From positions 1,426,001-1,490,000 of the forward strand of contig CP110439.1 of assembly GCA_026914245.1 (NCBI GenBank): 64,000 bases of DNA. Reading direction: 5' to 3'. Source of the DNA: Puccinia triticina. Its lineage: Eukaryota. A program made the position numbers and the translations under genes. Positions 38,126-51,679 of the stretch are shown here, one piece after another (within the stretch, counting starts at the first letter, position 1; each line of letters opens with the position of its first letter). Under the pieces are notes generated by a model. It did no database searches and was not told where the DNA came from. It was given only the letters and a program-made list of their open reading frames with translations.

Positions 38126-38359
38126 AATATTTGTATCCATCTTATCCAATATAGCCAATTGATTTCCCTTCATTTATTTCATTATTAATCATAGTTCCAA
38201 AAATAAGCATCCCACAAGTCTGAAAACAGAATGTTTTATTTTGGAAGAGCTGCACCAGACTAGTGATTTATAGTGAGATCAAGGCAGGTGTAGTACATCC
38301 ATCTTTGAAATGGTCAGAGATTTATGGCCAATCCTATGCAATTCTCATTTTACTCAGAA

Positions 38360-38865
38360 CCAAGAGTTTCTAAAGAGGCTGACCATACTCTTATCCACGT
38401 CACCAACTCTTACCAGTATCATCATGATAAGCTCCAGCAGCTGCTAACACCAGAAGTCTTATTGTCTCCAACTGCTCTCCTGTTTCTGGTTGGCGGAACA
38501 AATATCAGCAACAGCATAATCTTGATAATCCTCAAATCATTCTCCAATGGCAGAAGTAGCCCAAAAGTTCTGACAAATCTCCTGGATGCTGGTCTTGCCA
38601 ATACCTTCTATGGAGGAGGTTGGGCAGGCTCCTCCAGAGATTCCCAATGAAAACTAGCTTGCTCTACACCTGACCAGGAACTGCTGGATTATCACCCAAG
38701 CTTTGATGTGGGAAGATTGGAAGTATCTTTCTATTTCCAAAATCTGGCCTTAGTACCCTTACACAGCGATGTAACTTATTTTAGTCAAAACCAACAAACA
38801 ATTGATCATCTTGTTGTTGAAGTTCTACCCCCTCTGCCGAAAAGTAAGATCATTGTCTTAGTGTG
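38360..38865 (+). pseudogene. Degenerate partial duplicate of the UFD4-like fragment (copy of ~40050-40575)
   Basis: HVTNSYQYHHDKLQQLLTPEVLLS versus RVTDSYRHHPDKLQQLLTPDVLLS; intron sequence is also duplicated. Confidence 0.85.
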
Positions 38866-39223
38866 AATTCACTTGTGATGTATGCCCTTGAGATGGTTGA
38901 ACTCCGCTTGGCCAAGTTGCCGGACAATTACAATTCTATATTTTGGCGAGAAGGCGTGAGGATCTATATTGACATCTGCGAGACTCCCAGATCGCACGGG
39001 AAGTCCTCCATTGTCTTGCCCAATCAACCCCGTCGGGCTTGCACTCTTCCATCAAGACCAAAATATCAAATGTCACCGCTGGAGGTTCACGATCCAAATC
39101 ACACATCTCTACAACATCGAGCTTGCTCAACGAGGACCTCCTTCAAGTTCCGTCTTTGCTTGGTTGTCACGGCAGCAGTAGCATCCATCCATCGTTCCTC
39201 GACTACATCGCAACGTTCCGGCC

Positions 39224-41023
39224 TTGACTGATCCTCTCATTACAGGGACTCTTGCCGGATTAGATGCCATGGGTATCAGTGGCTTGCGCGGTCTAGGTGG
39301 GATCATGGCCGGGTTCACCCATCGTCTCAAGAATATCCTTCAATCCCTCAAGGCCCGAGGCTCCGGATCATCCACCAGTCGATTGGTAGCCTTGCAAGAG
39401 CTTGTTGAAATATTGGCAGTCAGTACTGAAGATACTCTAGCTGGATACTTCCAAACAGACTCCTTTGCCCGCGAACTAGTGGCCATCCTGCGTGGAGAAA
39501 GCGACCATCATGAATCCGAAGATGAAGAAGACAAAGTCGCCCTGGTCGCCGCCCTCACAGCCACTGGTAGTAGCTCAAGCTTGTACAATCATCCTAGCTC
39601 GGGTACCGAAGTCGAACAGATGTTATTAGCCTCCCGCTGTCTGGCCAACTTGATGGAAGCGTTACCCGGCAGTGCACATACCGTTGTTCATCATGGGGCC
39701 GTACCAGTTCTCTGTGCAAAACTCTTGGAGATAAATTTCATTGACTTGGCAGAACAGTCTCTGAGTGTATGTTGATTTTCCCCAGCTATATTACACACTT
39801 CTCCCTTTTACTCACCCTATTTCCTTTTGCCTTCCAGACCCTTGAGAAAATCTCGGAAGAGTTGCCCTCATCGATTGTTTGGGAAGGGGGGCTGACAGCA
39901 CTCCTGCAGTATCTCGACTTTTTCTCTACAAATGTCCAACGTACGGCCGTCACAGCAGCTGCAAATTGCTGTAGCTCGATATCTAGTGAAAGTTTCGAAA
40001 TGATCAGAGACGTATTCCCCATCCTATGCAAAATATTATCGTACTCAGATCAAAGAGTTTCGGAACAAGCTGTCCTTGCTATCACCCGCGTCACCGACTC
40101 TTACCGGCATCATCCCGATAAGCTCCAGCAATTGCTAACGCCGGATGTCTTATTGTCTCTGACTGCTCTCCTGTCGCCTGTCGGTGGAACCAAGATCAGC
40201 GACAATATCTTCTCGGCGATCCTCAAATCATTTACCAATATCGGCAGGAGTAGTCCCAAAGTAGCGACCAATCTCCTGGATGCTGGTCTTGCTGATACAG
40301 TTTATGGCATATTGGTTGGGCAGACTCCTCCGGAGATTCCTGACGAACACGATCTTGCTCTCGAGCTGACCAGCAACTCCTCGGTTATCACCCAAGCTTT
40401 GATGCGGAAAGATAGGAAGTAGGTTTCTGTTTCCAAAAACTCTCCTTAGTACCCTTACGCAGTGATGCAACTTATTAACATTTCATTTTTTCCTTAGTCA
40501 AATTCAACAAGCAATCAATCTTTTTGTTGAAGTTCTACCCCCTCTGCCGAAAAGTAAGCTCATTGTCTTAGTGTCGAAATTCTCTCTATCATACTTCTTT
40601 CCAGCTGAAACAGGGGCTTTTTCAGGTGGTATTTTCGATTCAAAACTCGCCAAAAAGCCGACAACCCCGCAGGAAAATGTTGCAATGAAAGATGAAGAAG
40701 ACGCCTCGACCAGTGTTCCAGAGGCACCCGCGCCACTCAATGAAACAACCAATTCTTTTCCTGGTGTCCGATCCGTGATGGACGAAGACGTCAAGCCTGA
40801 TATTTCAGCCAGGGCACTGGCTGCTCTCGCCTACAGCTCTTCGTCACAAATTAAGGAGTCAAACAAAGAAGCAGCCATTGCTCATCGAAGTGAAATGCTT
40901 CAATCAACTTCACGCGAACAGGTCGTCCGGCGCTTTAATGCACTCTTGCTTCCGACTCTGTTAGAAGTTTACGGTGCCAGCGTCAGCTATACAATTCGGC
41001 TCAAAGCGCCCCTTCCGTTATGA
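39224..41023 (+). pseudogene. UFD4: UFD4/TRIP12-like HECT E3 ligase, N-terminal ARM-repeat fragment (no HECT domain)
   Basis: LLASRCLANLMEALP, LCAKLLEINFIDLAEQSLS|TLEKIS, LQYLDFFSTNVQRTAVTAAANCC; introns retained; truncated near 41010. Confidence 0.85.
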
Positions 41024-41877
41024 CATGTGTTAATGTAAGTACCAGCTTTCAAACACCAGCAATGAATTGAGACATACTCAATTATGGATACGTCAAAATC
41101 TCTAGTACTTTAGCTTCCCGAGTATTTGAGTCAAGAATAGCTGCTGAAAAGGGGACCATTGCCATAAAAGAGCCAGCCTATTCCTTCCATCTCTCATGAA
41201 GTTTGATTCTGGGTGGAGGGAACCAAAATATGGCATCAATCTTTCTTGTATCCTCTCTCCCACTTCATTATAACATTGTTTTATCACATGTTTAGGCCGG
41301 TTATGTAACTTCCTCTTTAAAATGCAACTAAATGATGAATGTTTCGTCATTGACGTGCTTCAGTACATAAGTTCTAAGATTCAGCCAATTCACAACCAAC
41401 GTGAGACAATTACAAACAGCAAACAGGTGAAGGACGAGCCAAAATGGGCAAGGCCCTAAACATAGAAAAACATAGTCAGGATAAAAGAAAAAGGAAACAT
41501 AATATCTTGGGCCTTGTTTTTGGACAGCAGACGCGCATGCATGTTTTACACGATGTTGCAATTGTACCAAGCCTGGTGGAAGGCAAGGGTGAGGATTGAA
41601 GTGTTTTGAGGGTGAGGATCGAAGTGTTTTGAGCCAGGATATCCTGAAACATCAAAGGCCCAAGCCCATTCAAAGGGCAAACTTGGGGCGAGTGTCTCTG
41701 TGTCAGGGGCACTTCACCTGATTGCAAACTCCCAAAACTACATAACACAATATCCACAACGTTCAGCTTGGAAGACATTTACAACAGAAGGTATGGTACT
41801 TGTCAAATCTTTTCAAACTCACTTGGTATAAGCTGATAACGCACCAGATAATTATTATCAGGTAACCGGGATAGAAA

Positions 41878-44800
41878 ATGCGGGGCTTTGAGGGTGACGG
41901 AGGAAAGAACAAGCGGAAGAGATGTAGGAAGCCAAAGACTAGCAAAGGAGTGGCATTTTCTGAAGAAACCAACCGAGCAAGTCACCAATTCATGAATTTG
42001 ATGCAGCTGCCTACAACTGGGGATTCCCAAACCTCAGGCTCTGCTCATCAAAATCGAGTCCAAAACCCAATCCAACATCCTGAAAACTTGCCCATTGACC
42101 ACGATATCAATCCCAACCCAAATGACCCACAAGTTCAAGGTTTGATTGACTATCTGCAAAGTGAACGTAACAAGCGTAAACGTGAACTGGATGCAAAACA
42201 GTGGGAAGAGGTGTATAGTCAAATGTTCTCATGGTTTTACGAATGTTCTGCAAAAACATCAAGCTGGGGAGATGTTGAAAAATGGAATAAAGACTGGAAA
42301 CCTGAATGTGAATGTCCAGAAAACCGAGAACGGCAAGTGGTGCTTGTAGATATTTTAAGTTGAGCTCTTCTGTTGATTTTTTGCTGCCCTTCCAAAAGCA
42401 TATGTTGATTAAATCAATATTTCAGCACGTAAAGAGTCACAAGTCAGATTCTGTGAATGCCAACCAGATCAAGTGAGGCTTATTCAGATGGGGTACATAG
42501 GTGCAAGTCCAAGATTTCCCAGGACAGCATTCTCAATTCGTCTTCTACAACTACACCATATACTTTGGAAACATTGTGCGGTAGCAATGCAACCCTTCTC
42601 TGAAGCTCTTGATGAATTTTTGGATTCAAACAACCCTCTTGTATTGGTTCCCCCCAAGACCAACGATTCAGAAGGATCATTTAGTGTGAGTGATATTAAT
42701 TTGGGAAAACAATGCATTTATGCTCAAAAGAATACAATTTTTATTTAGACACGTGAATGGAGGAAGCCATTGTCTTCTGCAGTTGATGCTTATCGGGAAA
42801 TGCTTTGCAGAGAGAAGGATTTAGTAGAAGAGGTGATGAATATGAGTCCAATGGACAAAATTGCTGATATTTGTCCAAAGTGCTATGGACCTGAAGTGGT
42901 TGGAAAAAGGGAAGATGAGCCTGATTATATTCTGTGCATGGATGGTAACTTCCAACACCGGAGGCACCTCAAAGCAAGTGTTGAGATCTCCGAAAGCCTC
43001 AAGACCCCAAGCCTTTTTATTCAACCATCAGAGGTATCTAGCATGGTAGATCTACTGGAAAATATTCAGCCAAGCTCAACATTGGAAGCGACTGTGAGCT
43101 GATATTTTGGGACCAAACATACAAAACACTGACATTGGTTTTAACTTTTTATGGAATATTTTAGGACCGGTGTACTGAGCAACACACAGCTGCTGCCGAT
43201 ACCAGAAATGCAAGCACCTGGAAGGGATGTGATGATACTGGACTATTTGGGATGGCTTGCCGCCATGATCAACTTATAAAGATGATTAACATTGAAAAGA
43301 GTGGTGAAAAGTATGTGATTTATATCTTTTTGGACTAACTAGTATTAAATAAATACAAAATAACCAAAGAAAAAAATATTTTTTTTCTACCAGATCTCAC
43401 TTCCCCTTGACTATGATTAATCATATGATGCAGCTTACAAAAGAAGTGAATGGAGAAAGCAAGAAAACGGGATTCTTGTATGATATTGGCTGCAATCTTG
43501 AGAAGGGAATAATTCGAGTAAGTTTTTGTGCATTTTAATATGTATGGAAAATTTTAAGATCACTGATTTATTTTCATTTCATCCCACAAAAAAGCGAGAT
43601 CAATTTGCTGAAGAGAGGGAATCAAATCTGCTCAGCTTTGGAACCAGTGTTTTTCACGCATATGTGCACGAATGGACTTGCCAGCTACGATACAACCCTA
43701 GATTAAATGAAGGCTGGGGAATGTCTGATGGCGAGGGAATGGAACGTTTGTGGGCCTCCTTGTCACCTTTAATCAGCCAACTTCGCTACTGCACAAAGAA
43801 CCACCGGCTTTGTTCCATTGATCTTCAATTGATTCATCACAATGAGAATGGAAACATGTCAGCCTGTGGGTTTATTCATTTGGTTATTATAGAGTGAAAT
43901 AAAGCTGATGAAGACTTTCTAGTCCGTCTGCTTTTTGAAAGGGGAATAAAGATTGAAAATCTTTTGATAGAATCACAGAAGATTCTCGTAGAGGTTGAGC
44001 AATCATCTGGTCACACAATATCATATTTGAGTGGACAATGGGATCGACAGAGGGAAATGCAACTAGGAGCAATGGAGAATGAAACCGAGTTACAAATGAA
44101 GAAACAAATGGAAGAGCTTGTCTTTTTGGAGGACAAACTCCGGGAAGCACAGTGAGTAAAGTGTATATCTCTTGTTCTGAAATCTGGATCAAAAAAATAC
44201 TAACATGTGATTCTTGACTAGGCAAGAGATTGTTGAGATAGGACAGACTAGGCGGAGGAATTGGACTGAAGCTCAGATATTACAGATGGAACAGGGTCCC
44301 AATACACTTTTGTTTTTGGAAGGAGAGATTGAGAGGATCATTTGTCAGCTTGGATTGGAATGTTTTTGAAATTTGCCTGGTGTTTCCAGTAAGCAACCTC
44401 TCCCATGTGAAAAAATCAGTTACTGATGACCATGTCACTTAAAACTAATGAATAATGCAGGTGGAGAAGCTAAAGCCTTGATGAAAGTCAAAATCAGCAA
44501 GTCAAAGCTTTACGAAGCAAGGGTTGGAGTGATTGAGTTGCAGAAGAAATGGGATCAACAAGGATCAGGTCAGTAAATACCTAGATAATTGCTTGCATAT
44601 AACATTTAATATTCAGCCAGTATCTGATAACTAGTTATTTGAGCAGGAACACGTGTAAAAGGACGCTTCAAGAAGCAGATGAATACCAAAATGAAGCTTT
44701 TGAAGAATAAATGGATTTCATATAATCACCGAGCTGCCAATTATAACTCGGATTTCACCCCAGAAGAAGATTTACCAACACCAACATTTGACAACGTTGA

Positions 44801-45448
44801 ATCTTTGGGAATCAATGATCCATTCTGGAATATTGGTTTGCTTGATCACCCAAATGAACCTTGGGCTGTTGACTTGGATACTCAGAAAGGAATTCAGGCC
44901 TATCTCACTGTAAGAAATTGTGAGGATGAATTGCGTCGTATATCCCGGGAAGCAAGACAGGCGTTGAAATGGGCCATTGAGATGGCAGGTAATTTGGAGA
45001 CCATCTTTGAAGTGTTGCAGATCTGTAAGTATTGACCAAAATAATTACTGTTTCATTATGATTGACCATTCTTGCTCAATATAGGCAATCAGGAACTTGA
45101 TGGTCCTTCAGATATTCAGCAGCGTTTGGTCAATATTTGCACAGAGAAAAATATTCAAGAGGCAGTGCTGCACTCAGTAGTTTCAAACCTTGCAAAGCGA
45201 TATTGCCGACGATGGATGATGTGGAACACTTGCTGTATTCAAGTGTTGAACTGGAGTCAAGAATGGATTGATTATCCAGACCAGGATTCGGAAGTTAAAG
45301 CTCAATGGGATCAAGTTATCATGAAGAATAAGAGATTGTGGGAAAAACTAACCAGCAAATCAGTGAAAATGGAAGAAAATCATGAAGAGGAGAGTGATGA
45401 TGAAGATGATGAAGATGATCATGAAGTTGATGATGATGATGATGGTGG

Positions 45449-45500
<52 letters not shown>

Positions 45501-45536
45501 AATGATGATGATGATGATGATGATGATGATGTATAG
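41878..45536 (+). CDS. CxC1-KDZ (Kyakuja-Dileera-Zisupton) transposase, multi-exon; in-frame TGA at 44367-44369
   Basis: CxC1-like ECEC..FCEC..PRTAFSIRLL; CMDGNFQHRR; GLFGMACRHD; YDIGC; HAYVHEWTCQLRYNPR; DGEGMERLW; poly-Asp tail. Confidence 0.92.
45397..45530 (+). repeat. (GAT)n microsatellite encoding the acidic tail of the KDZ transposase
   Basis: Long GAT run in frame with ORF 45072-45536. Confidence 0.9.
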
Positions 45537-46719
45537 AGTTATCCCATACTATTTAATTTTCATCTCAGAATGCACCACCCAGATTAATAAAGATAAATCC
45601 TGATGTTTTTCTTATTTCATGTCAAAAAATGGCAAAGGCTCCCACTGATTTGCATAAGGAATATTCTTGCAAAGGTGTTTCCATACATGAAATTTGTATT
45701 AATGTGGATTTTTTATCTAAACAAAATTGGTGAAACATTTGATTGTGATTGATTTTGTGGTTGTTAGAATAAAAAATTTCAGTCAAACTACCCATACACC
45801 AAAAAAAAATTAGATACAAAGACCCAATAGAAATTATATTGGTCTGCATAAAAACAAGTATAAATTAATTGGGTGAGAAACATATTTTAGATTGGTTGGT
45901 TAATTTGAAATATATGCTTTCTCTGGGATTTCCACATGGGCTAAGGAGAAGGAATGAGAAGTGGGAAAGTGGGATTCATATAATTCTTTTAAGTAATCAT
46001 TTTACACGAAGCAAGGTGAATCTCTATCTAATGGAGGGGCTTATATTCCAGAAAACCTGAGTGTAATCAGTGAAGACTGAGACCTGGATCAACTGGGCCA
46101 ATTTAAACATACTGAGAATTTTATTGTTCAATTTAACATTATACCTGGAGGGAGAGCTCATCCAGATGGATTTTATTTCAATCACCCTCTAGGATGGCTG
46201 AAATTATTTATATAGGGAAGAGGAGCTGAATTTATTCTCCTGGTAGTGAGGAAAGGTTCTGGAAATTTTGGATGGCAGTCATCCAGGGAGTTTAGTGATC
46301 TAGTTCAGCTTGGTGTAAAAGGGCTAAGGATCTGGCAGAGGTGGCTGGTAGCAATGCCACGGTGGGTATATACAATATGTTTATCAGTAACTTAATGGTA
46401 GTGTAACAAACTTGGGCCCCTTTAGACTTACCAATAACCATAATGGAAGTGCATTACTATATTGCATCTCAATCAATAAGCTTTTTAACTTCCTTCACAA
46501 TATCTGCCCACGTGAAGGTGATATTAGCAAATATATCAGCCAGAGGGGGCCATTTGCCCCTCTTTATCTCGTTATCCAGTGGTTAATGTGTTCCTAGTGA
46601 CATAATCCAAGTAACACATCAAAATTCTGGAAGGTTATGATACGGTCCAGGGCCCATGATCTGTTGTTACTAGTACCACTAACAATCTTAGATGTTAAAT
46701 TCAATGTCAAGGCTAAAGC

Positions 46720-48465
46720 TGATTGAGTTAGCTTGCTGCAAGTGAGGAATGAAGATGGTTGAGCTTTTTGGGCTGGATTGGGAACAGGGAGCTGGTTGAG
46801 CTGGATGGCAGTGATGCAAGGAGCTGTTTGAGCTGGCTGTCAGTTGGAAGCTGGATGAGCTGGCTCTCAGTGAAAAGAGGAGCTGGTGGAGCTGGATGCC
46901 AGTGATTCAAGGAGCTGGTTGAGCTATTTGAGCTGACTTTCAGTAGGGAGAGGAGCTGGTTGAGCTGGCTGTCAGTGAGAAGAGGAGCTGGTTGAGCTGG
47001 ATTCCAATGAGAGAGGGAGCTAGATGAGCTGGTTTTTGTTGTGCCAACAAAGCTGGAGAAGCTGATTTATCCTGGGAGGTGGATCTGGTTGAGCTGGGTT
47101 GATGGAGCTGGAGGAGCTGAAAGATGAGCTGGTTGAGCTGACTGTTAGTAGGCAGAGGATTTGGTTGAGTTGGAAGGCAGTGAGCCATATGGCTTGTTGA
47201 GCTGGATGGGAGCAAAACACGGAGCTGGTTGAGCTGGTTGAGCTGCATGGCAGTGATCCATGGAGCTGGTTTAGCTGGACAACAGTGAGCCATGGAGCTG
47301 GTTGAGCTGGATGGCAGTGATGCAAGGAGCTGGATGAGCTGGTTGAGCTGGACCACAGCAAGTCATGGAGCTGGTTTAGCTGGAAAGCAGTGAGCCATGG
47401 AGCTGGTTGAGCTGGATGGCAGTGATGCAAGGAGCTGGGTGAGCTGGTTGAGCTGGACCACAGCAATTGATGGAGCTGGTTGAGCTGGATGGAAGTGGGC
47501 TGTCCAGCTGTTTGAGCTGGTTGAGCTGGACAGCAGTAGCCATGGAGCTGGTTGAGCTGGATGGCAGTGATACAAGGAGCTGGTTAAGCTGGATGAGCTG
47601 GATGTCAGTGGGAAGAGGAGCTGGTTGAGCTGGATGTGAGTGGGAATGAGAGCTGGTTGAGCTGGCTGTCAGTGGGAGGGAGCTGGTTGAGCTGGATTTC
47701 AGTGGGAAGAGTAGCTGGTTGAGCTGGCTGTCTGTGGGAAGAGGAGCTGGTTGAGCTGGAAAGCAGTGAGCCATGGAGCTGGTTGAGCTGGATGGCAGTG
47801 ATGCAAGGAGCTGGTTGAGCTGGTTGAGCTGGATGTCAGTGGGAAGAGGAGCTGGTTGAGCTGGCTGTCAGTGGGAAGAGGAGCTGGTTTAGCTGGCTGT
47901 CAGTGGGAAAAGGAGCTGGTTGAGCTGGCTGTCAGTGAGCCAAGGAGCTGGTTGAGCTTGATGGCAGTGAGCCATGGAGCTGGTGGAGCTGGATGGCAGT
48001 GACGCAAGGAGCTGGGTGAGCTGGTTGAGCTGGACCACAGCAAGTCATGGAGCTGGTTGAGCTGGACAGCAGTGAGCCATGGAGCTGGATGAGCTGGATT
48101 TCAGTGGGAAGAGGAGCTGGTTGAGCTGTCAGTGGGAAGCGGAGCTGGTTGAGCTGGCTGTCAGTGAGCCATGGAGCTGGTTGAGCTGGACGGCAGGGTG
48201 CCATGGAGCTGGTCGAGCTGGATGGCAGTGATGCATGGAGCTGGTTGAGCTGGATTGCAGTGAAAAAGTGAGCTGAGTGAGCTGGGTTTTGGTGTGCCAA
48301 CAGAGCTGGATGAGCTGATTTATCATGGGAGGTGGAGCTGGTTGAGCTGAGTTGTTGGAGCTGGTGTAGCTGACATATGCACATAAGAGCTGGTGGAGCT
48401 GGTCTTTGGTGCAGTGGAAAGAGCTGGCTGAGCTGAGCTGTCAGAGCTGGGTGGGACCAGCTCCA
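46720..48465. repeat. GAGCTGGTT-rich degenerate tandem array (~1.7 kb)
   Basis: Dozens of GGAGCTGGTTGAGCTGG units with short variable linkers. Confidence 0.95.
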
Positions 48466-48586
48466 CATGTTTTCCATTCTGAATGGAGGATGGGGACACA
48501 TCTTCTTCCATTTGTAATGGTAAAAATTTACGGCCACAGGTGTCTCCCTAGGTCAGCAGGCGCTTGAAGCAAACTTTCCAGTCAAG

Positions 48587-50957
48587 ATGTTACCAGCACC
48601 CACTTTTGAGGAGTTTGCAATTAGCAAAAGTGATCCCGGCGGCCCTCTTCCATTGAATCCTACCGAACCAATCCTCAATAATGAAATCCAGCAAATTACA
48701 GCGGAGGAATTTGGACAAACGATCCAAGCTGCTGAGCAAGCAGCCAAAGGGCTGAGAAATCTCAAGCTTCCCCGTAGTTGGAAACACCTAGTTGATGTCC
48801 TTTCTAATTCCATTACCAGCATGAAACGCAGTGAGTTCAAGTTTTCCCAGATTGCCCTCCCCATCCGGATGTTGCCTTCTCTTTTGACTGAAGCTCTTGC
48901 AAAGCCTGGGAGGAAACAGGCGAGATTCCGGACGATGAAGCCATCAAAATTGAATCAATCAAACCAAGCTCCACATCACCTCGAACATCCACTGGAGCAA
49001 CTTTGAGCAAGCCCCCCAAGAAACGAGCCAAAAAAGGTGCCTCTGGTCGGCCAGCCGACTTGTTGGAAAAGAATACCAAGACTCCAACAAACAGTAACGA
49101 TTCCAATCCAGCAGCTCTCTCAAACAAATCAGACACATCTCAGCTTACCATCCCGAAACATGCCCCTACTGAGAATCCAAACATTAACACCCCAATGGGT
49201 GCACAACCAGCTCTTGCCACCACCAGAGACTTCGAACCCCACCACTCTCCGGATACCCCTGATAATGCTGTGCAGGCTTCACCAACTCTACCTGCCGACT
49301 CTCAAGTTGGACCTGGAGCTCGCGACTCAGTGGTTGGAAATCCAGAACATTATATCCCGCCCAAATACTCTCCATCAGCTGCGACTGAGACCAACAACGC
49401 GAAAGCTGGGGTCTCCAACACTAATCTAGCCGCTCCGGTGGAGCCACCTGCACACGGAACAACAACGGCCCCTCAACCATCCCCAACCAACCAAGTTCTG
49501 AAACCTTCCCAAAGTATCCCAGAAACCCATTCTGGTCAAGCAAATCCAGCCCCAAGTGGCCCATCCAACCCAAACCCTTCCGATCCCGCTGCTCAGGTTG
49601 TTGTTCGCCCGCTGACAATCCTCAAGTCTGTTGATGTGTGAATTAAAGTTGTTCATATTCACCAAGATTTTGAGGGATCCAAACCATCTTGGCAAAGGTA
49701 CCAAACCACCTGGGCTTCCCTCACGTCTCTGGTTCAATTTCGTGTACAGTCCATGCACGCTTCAACTCCTTCAAACCCTGAATTCCAATTCCAACGCACG
49801 GCATGCTCATACGCATCATGGATTAAAACAATCAGCTCCCTGGGTAAGTGTTCTTTTCTTTTTTCTACATTCCTGTCTCCAAACACAGCATAACTAACTG
49901 TTAGGTTGTTTCTCCCATGTATCTAGCGGACAGCTTCTTGTCACCATCCACCAATGAACAGTGGTACTGTCCCGACATCATTGATTTCCCCTTGCTTGCC
50001 ACATTTGGAAACAAGGACAAATCCATCCCGCCGCAATCCTACATCTCTACTGCTGCAAAGACACCCCATCCCAAATCAACTCTAGTCCGGTTCCTTTATC
50101 GACTTGCGCACCCTACCGAAACCTCCATCTCAGAGTGGGCAAAGCTTGTTGCCGCTTCTGTGGAGATCATGGCCGATAGTCTGTACAAGCCACCCATCCC
50201 CACAACCCAGCAGAGCAACGATCAAATCATTCAAGGCGTACAAGTACTTCAATACATCGAGGCCATCAAAAACCGCCCCTCCAGCTTTGAGTCTGCCGAA
50301 GAAAATCCTACCTCAGATGCTCCAGCCCCCCAGCAATCTCATTCTTTCGATGTTCTCCATGATTTCTTAAACCTCATTCTTGATGTTCTCTCAGCATATG
50401 TCATCTTCCAAACTCATGCACTCAGCGAGCCCCCACAGACAGAGGTGCACAAGAAAACCAATAAGCGGAACCGCGGTGCCACCCATAAATCATCTGATGC
50501 TCTCACTCAGACGAACCAAGAATCATCAGAATTGATCCAGCTTTGAGATGAATCAACTTGCAAACTACAGTCCTACCAGTGTCGTCAAAACTACCAGCCC
50601 TTGATATTTTTCCTCCTCGGTGGTGTTCGCAGTCTTTTTCTAGCATCCAAGAACCACCGCCACGCCGTTGTCTCTGATTGCATGGAATTCACCCAGGTAA
50701 TCTCAGTAATTAAACAACACTCAAGTTCAACTCATACGCCCAAAGAACCCATCTGGAAAAACCTCTCAGCATACATTTTTAAGATATTCTCCCCTGTCTT
50801 CCGCCTGCCGAACAGAATCTCCCACATGGAAAAGACCCCAACCCAACATGAGATTGCTCAGGCCATTACTCTTGATTTTCTCAGTCATTGGGCAGAATGC
50901 CAGCCCACTTCACCTTTCCTTATTCCCCATGCTTCCCGTCATATAGAAGACAGTTGA
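48587..50957 (+). pseudogene. Uncharacterised multi-exon protein, paralog of 36216-38125 (in-frame TGA at 50544-50546)
   Basis: Introns begin GTGAGT at 48831 and GTAAGT at ~49843. Shared motifs AEE..AA..KLP..HL, PDI..FP, G.R.L.L, EP.WK...YI, LDF..HW. Confidence 0.65.
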
Positions 50958-51679
50958 TTTTTTAAACTTGTACATATACATCAGTACATACGCTGAAGTT
51001 TATTGCTGTCTGGCCTCTTCTCACTCAAACTGTTCTTCTCGTCTTTTATTCCTTTTGTGATTTGGTCTTTTATATCTCAAATTAAGCTTCCCAGATACCG
51101 AGCCTGTCCTAGTCAACTGTTGTTCCTAGCCACAAATCTTTATAAGTAATTCATCTTACCCTGATGCGCTTAAGATTAAAAATTGCCATTGTTCTGCTGA
51201 TTTCTGAAATGAAGTCTCTCCAATGCTCTCCCTTACATCTGTTTGTGCGTTTTGCAAACCGTGGAATGTGTAACACTTCCAAACACCAAGCATATTCTTG
51301 CCTCAGACAATGTGTATTCTTCAACGAAACCTCAGTGACCATAGCAGTCTTCCTTCCATGCATCACTTACAGTTTCTAGTCATTGGCGCATGGGATATCT
51401 TTTCATTTGATAACGGTTTTAATTCATTTCTCCTTTAGGACATAAGTCATATATATGTAGTAATCTTTGAGAAAAATCAAACTAAATGCCAATCGTCACG
51501 TTTGGCGGCGGTGAGATTTCTTGGTGGATTTTCTTTGTATAGTGCGGGGTGCCTTCCAATCCTTTGCTTCGAGTTTGTATCTCTTTTTTGGATCACTCCT
51601 CAAGCCGTATCGAGTTACCTCTGATCGAGGAAGTTTCACTATACACTCAACCTAATATGATATACACCCAGACCACGAG

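Noticed and set aside
45382..45603. Poly-Met ORF
   Set aside because: Alternative frame of the (GAT)n poly-Asp tract.
46728..48537. Many Q/L/S/P-rich ORFs on the minus strand
   Set aside because: They are translation artefacts of the AGCT repeat array; the same applies to 27205-27815.
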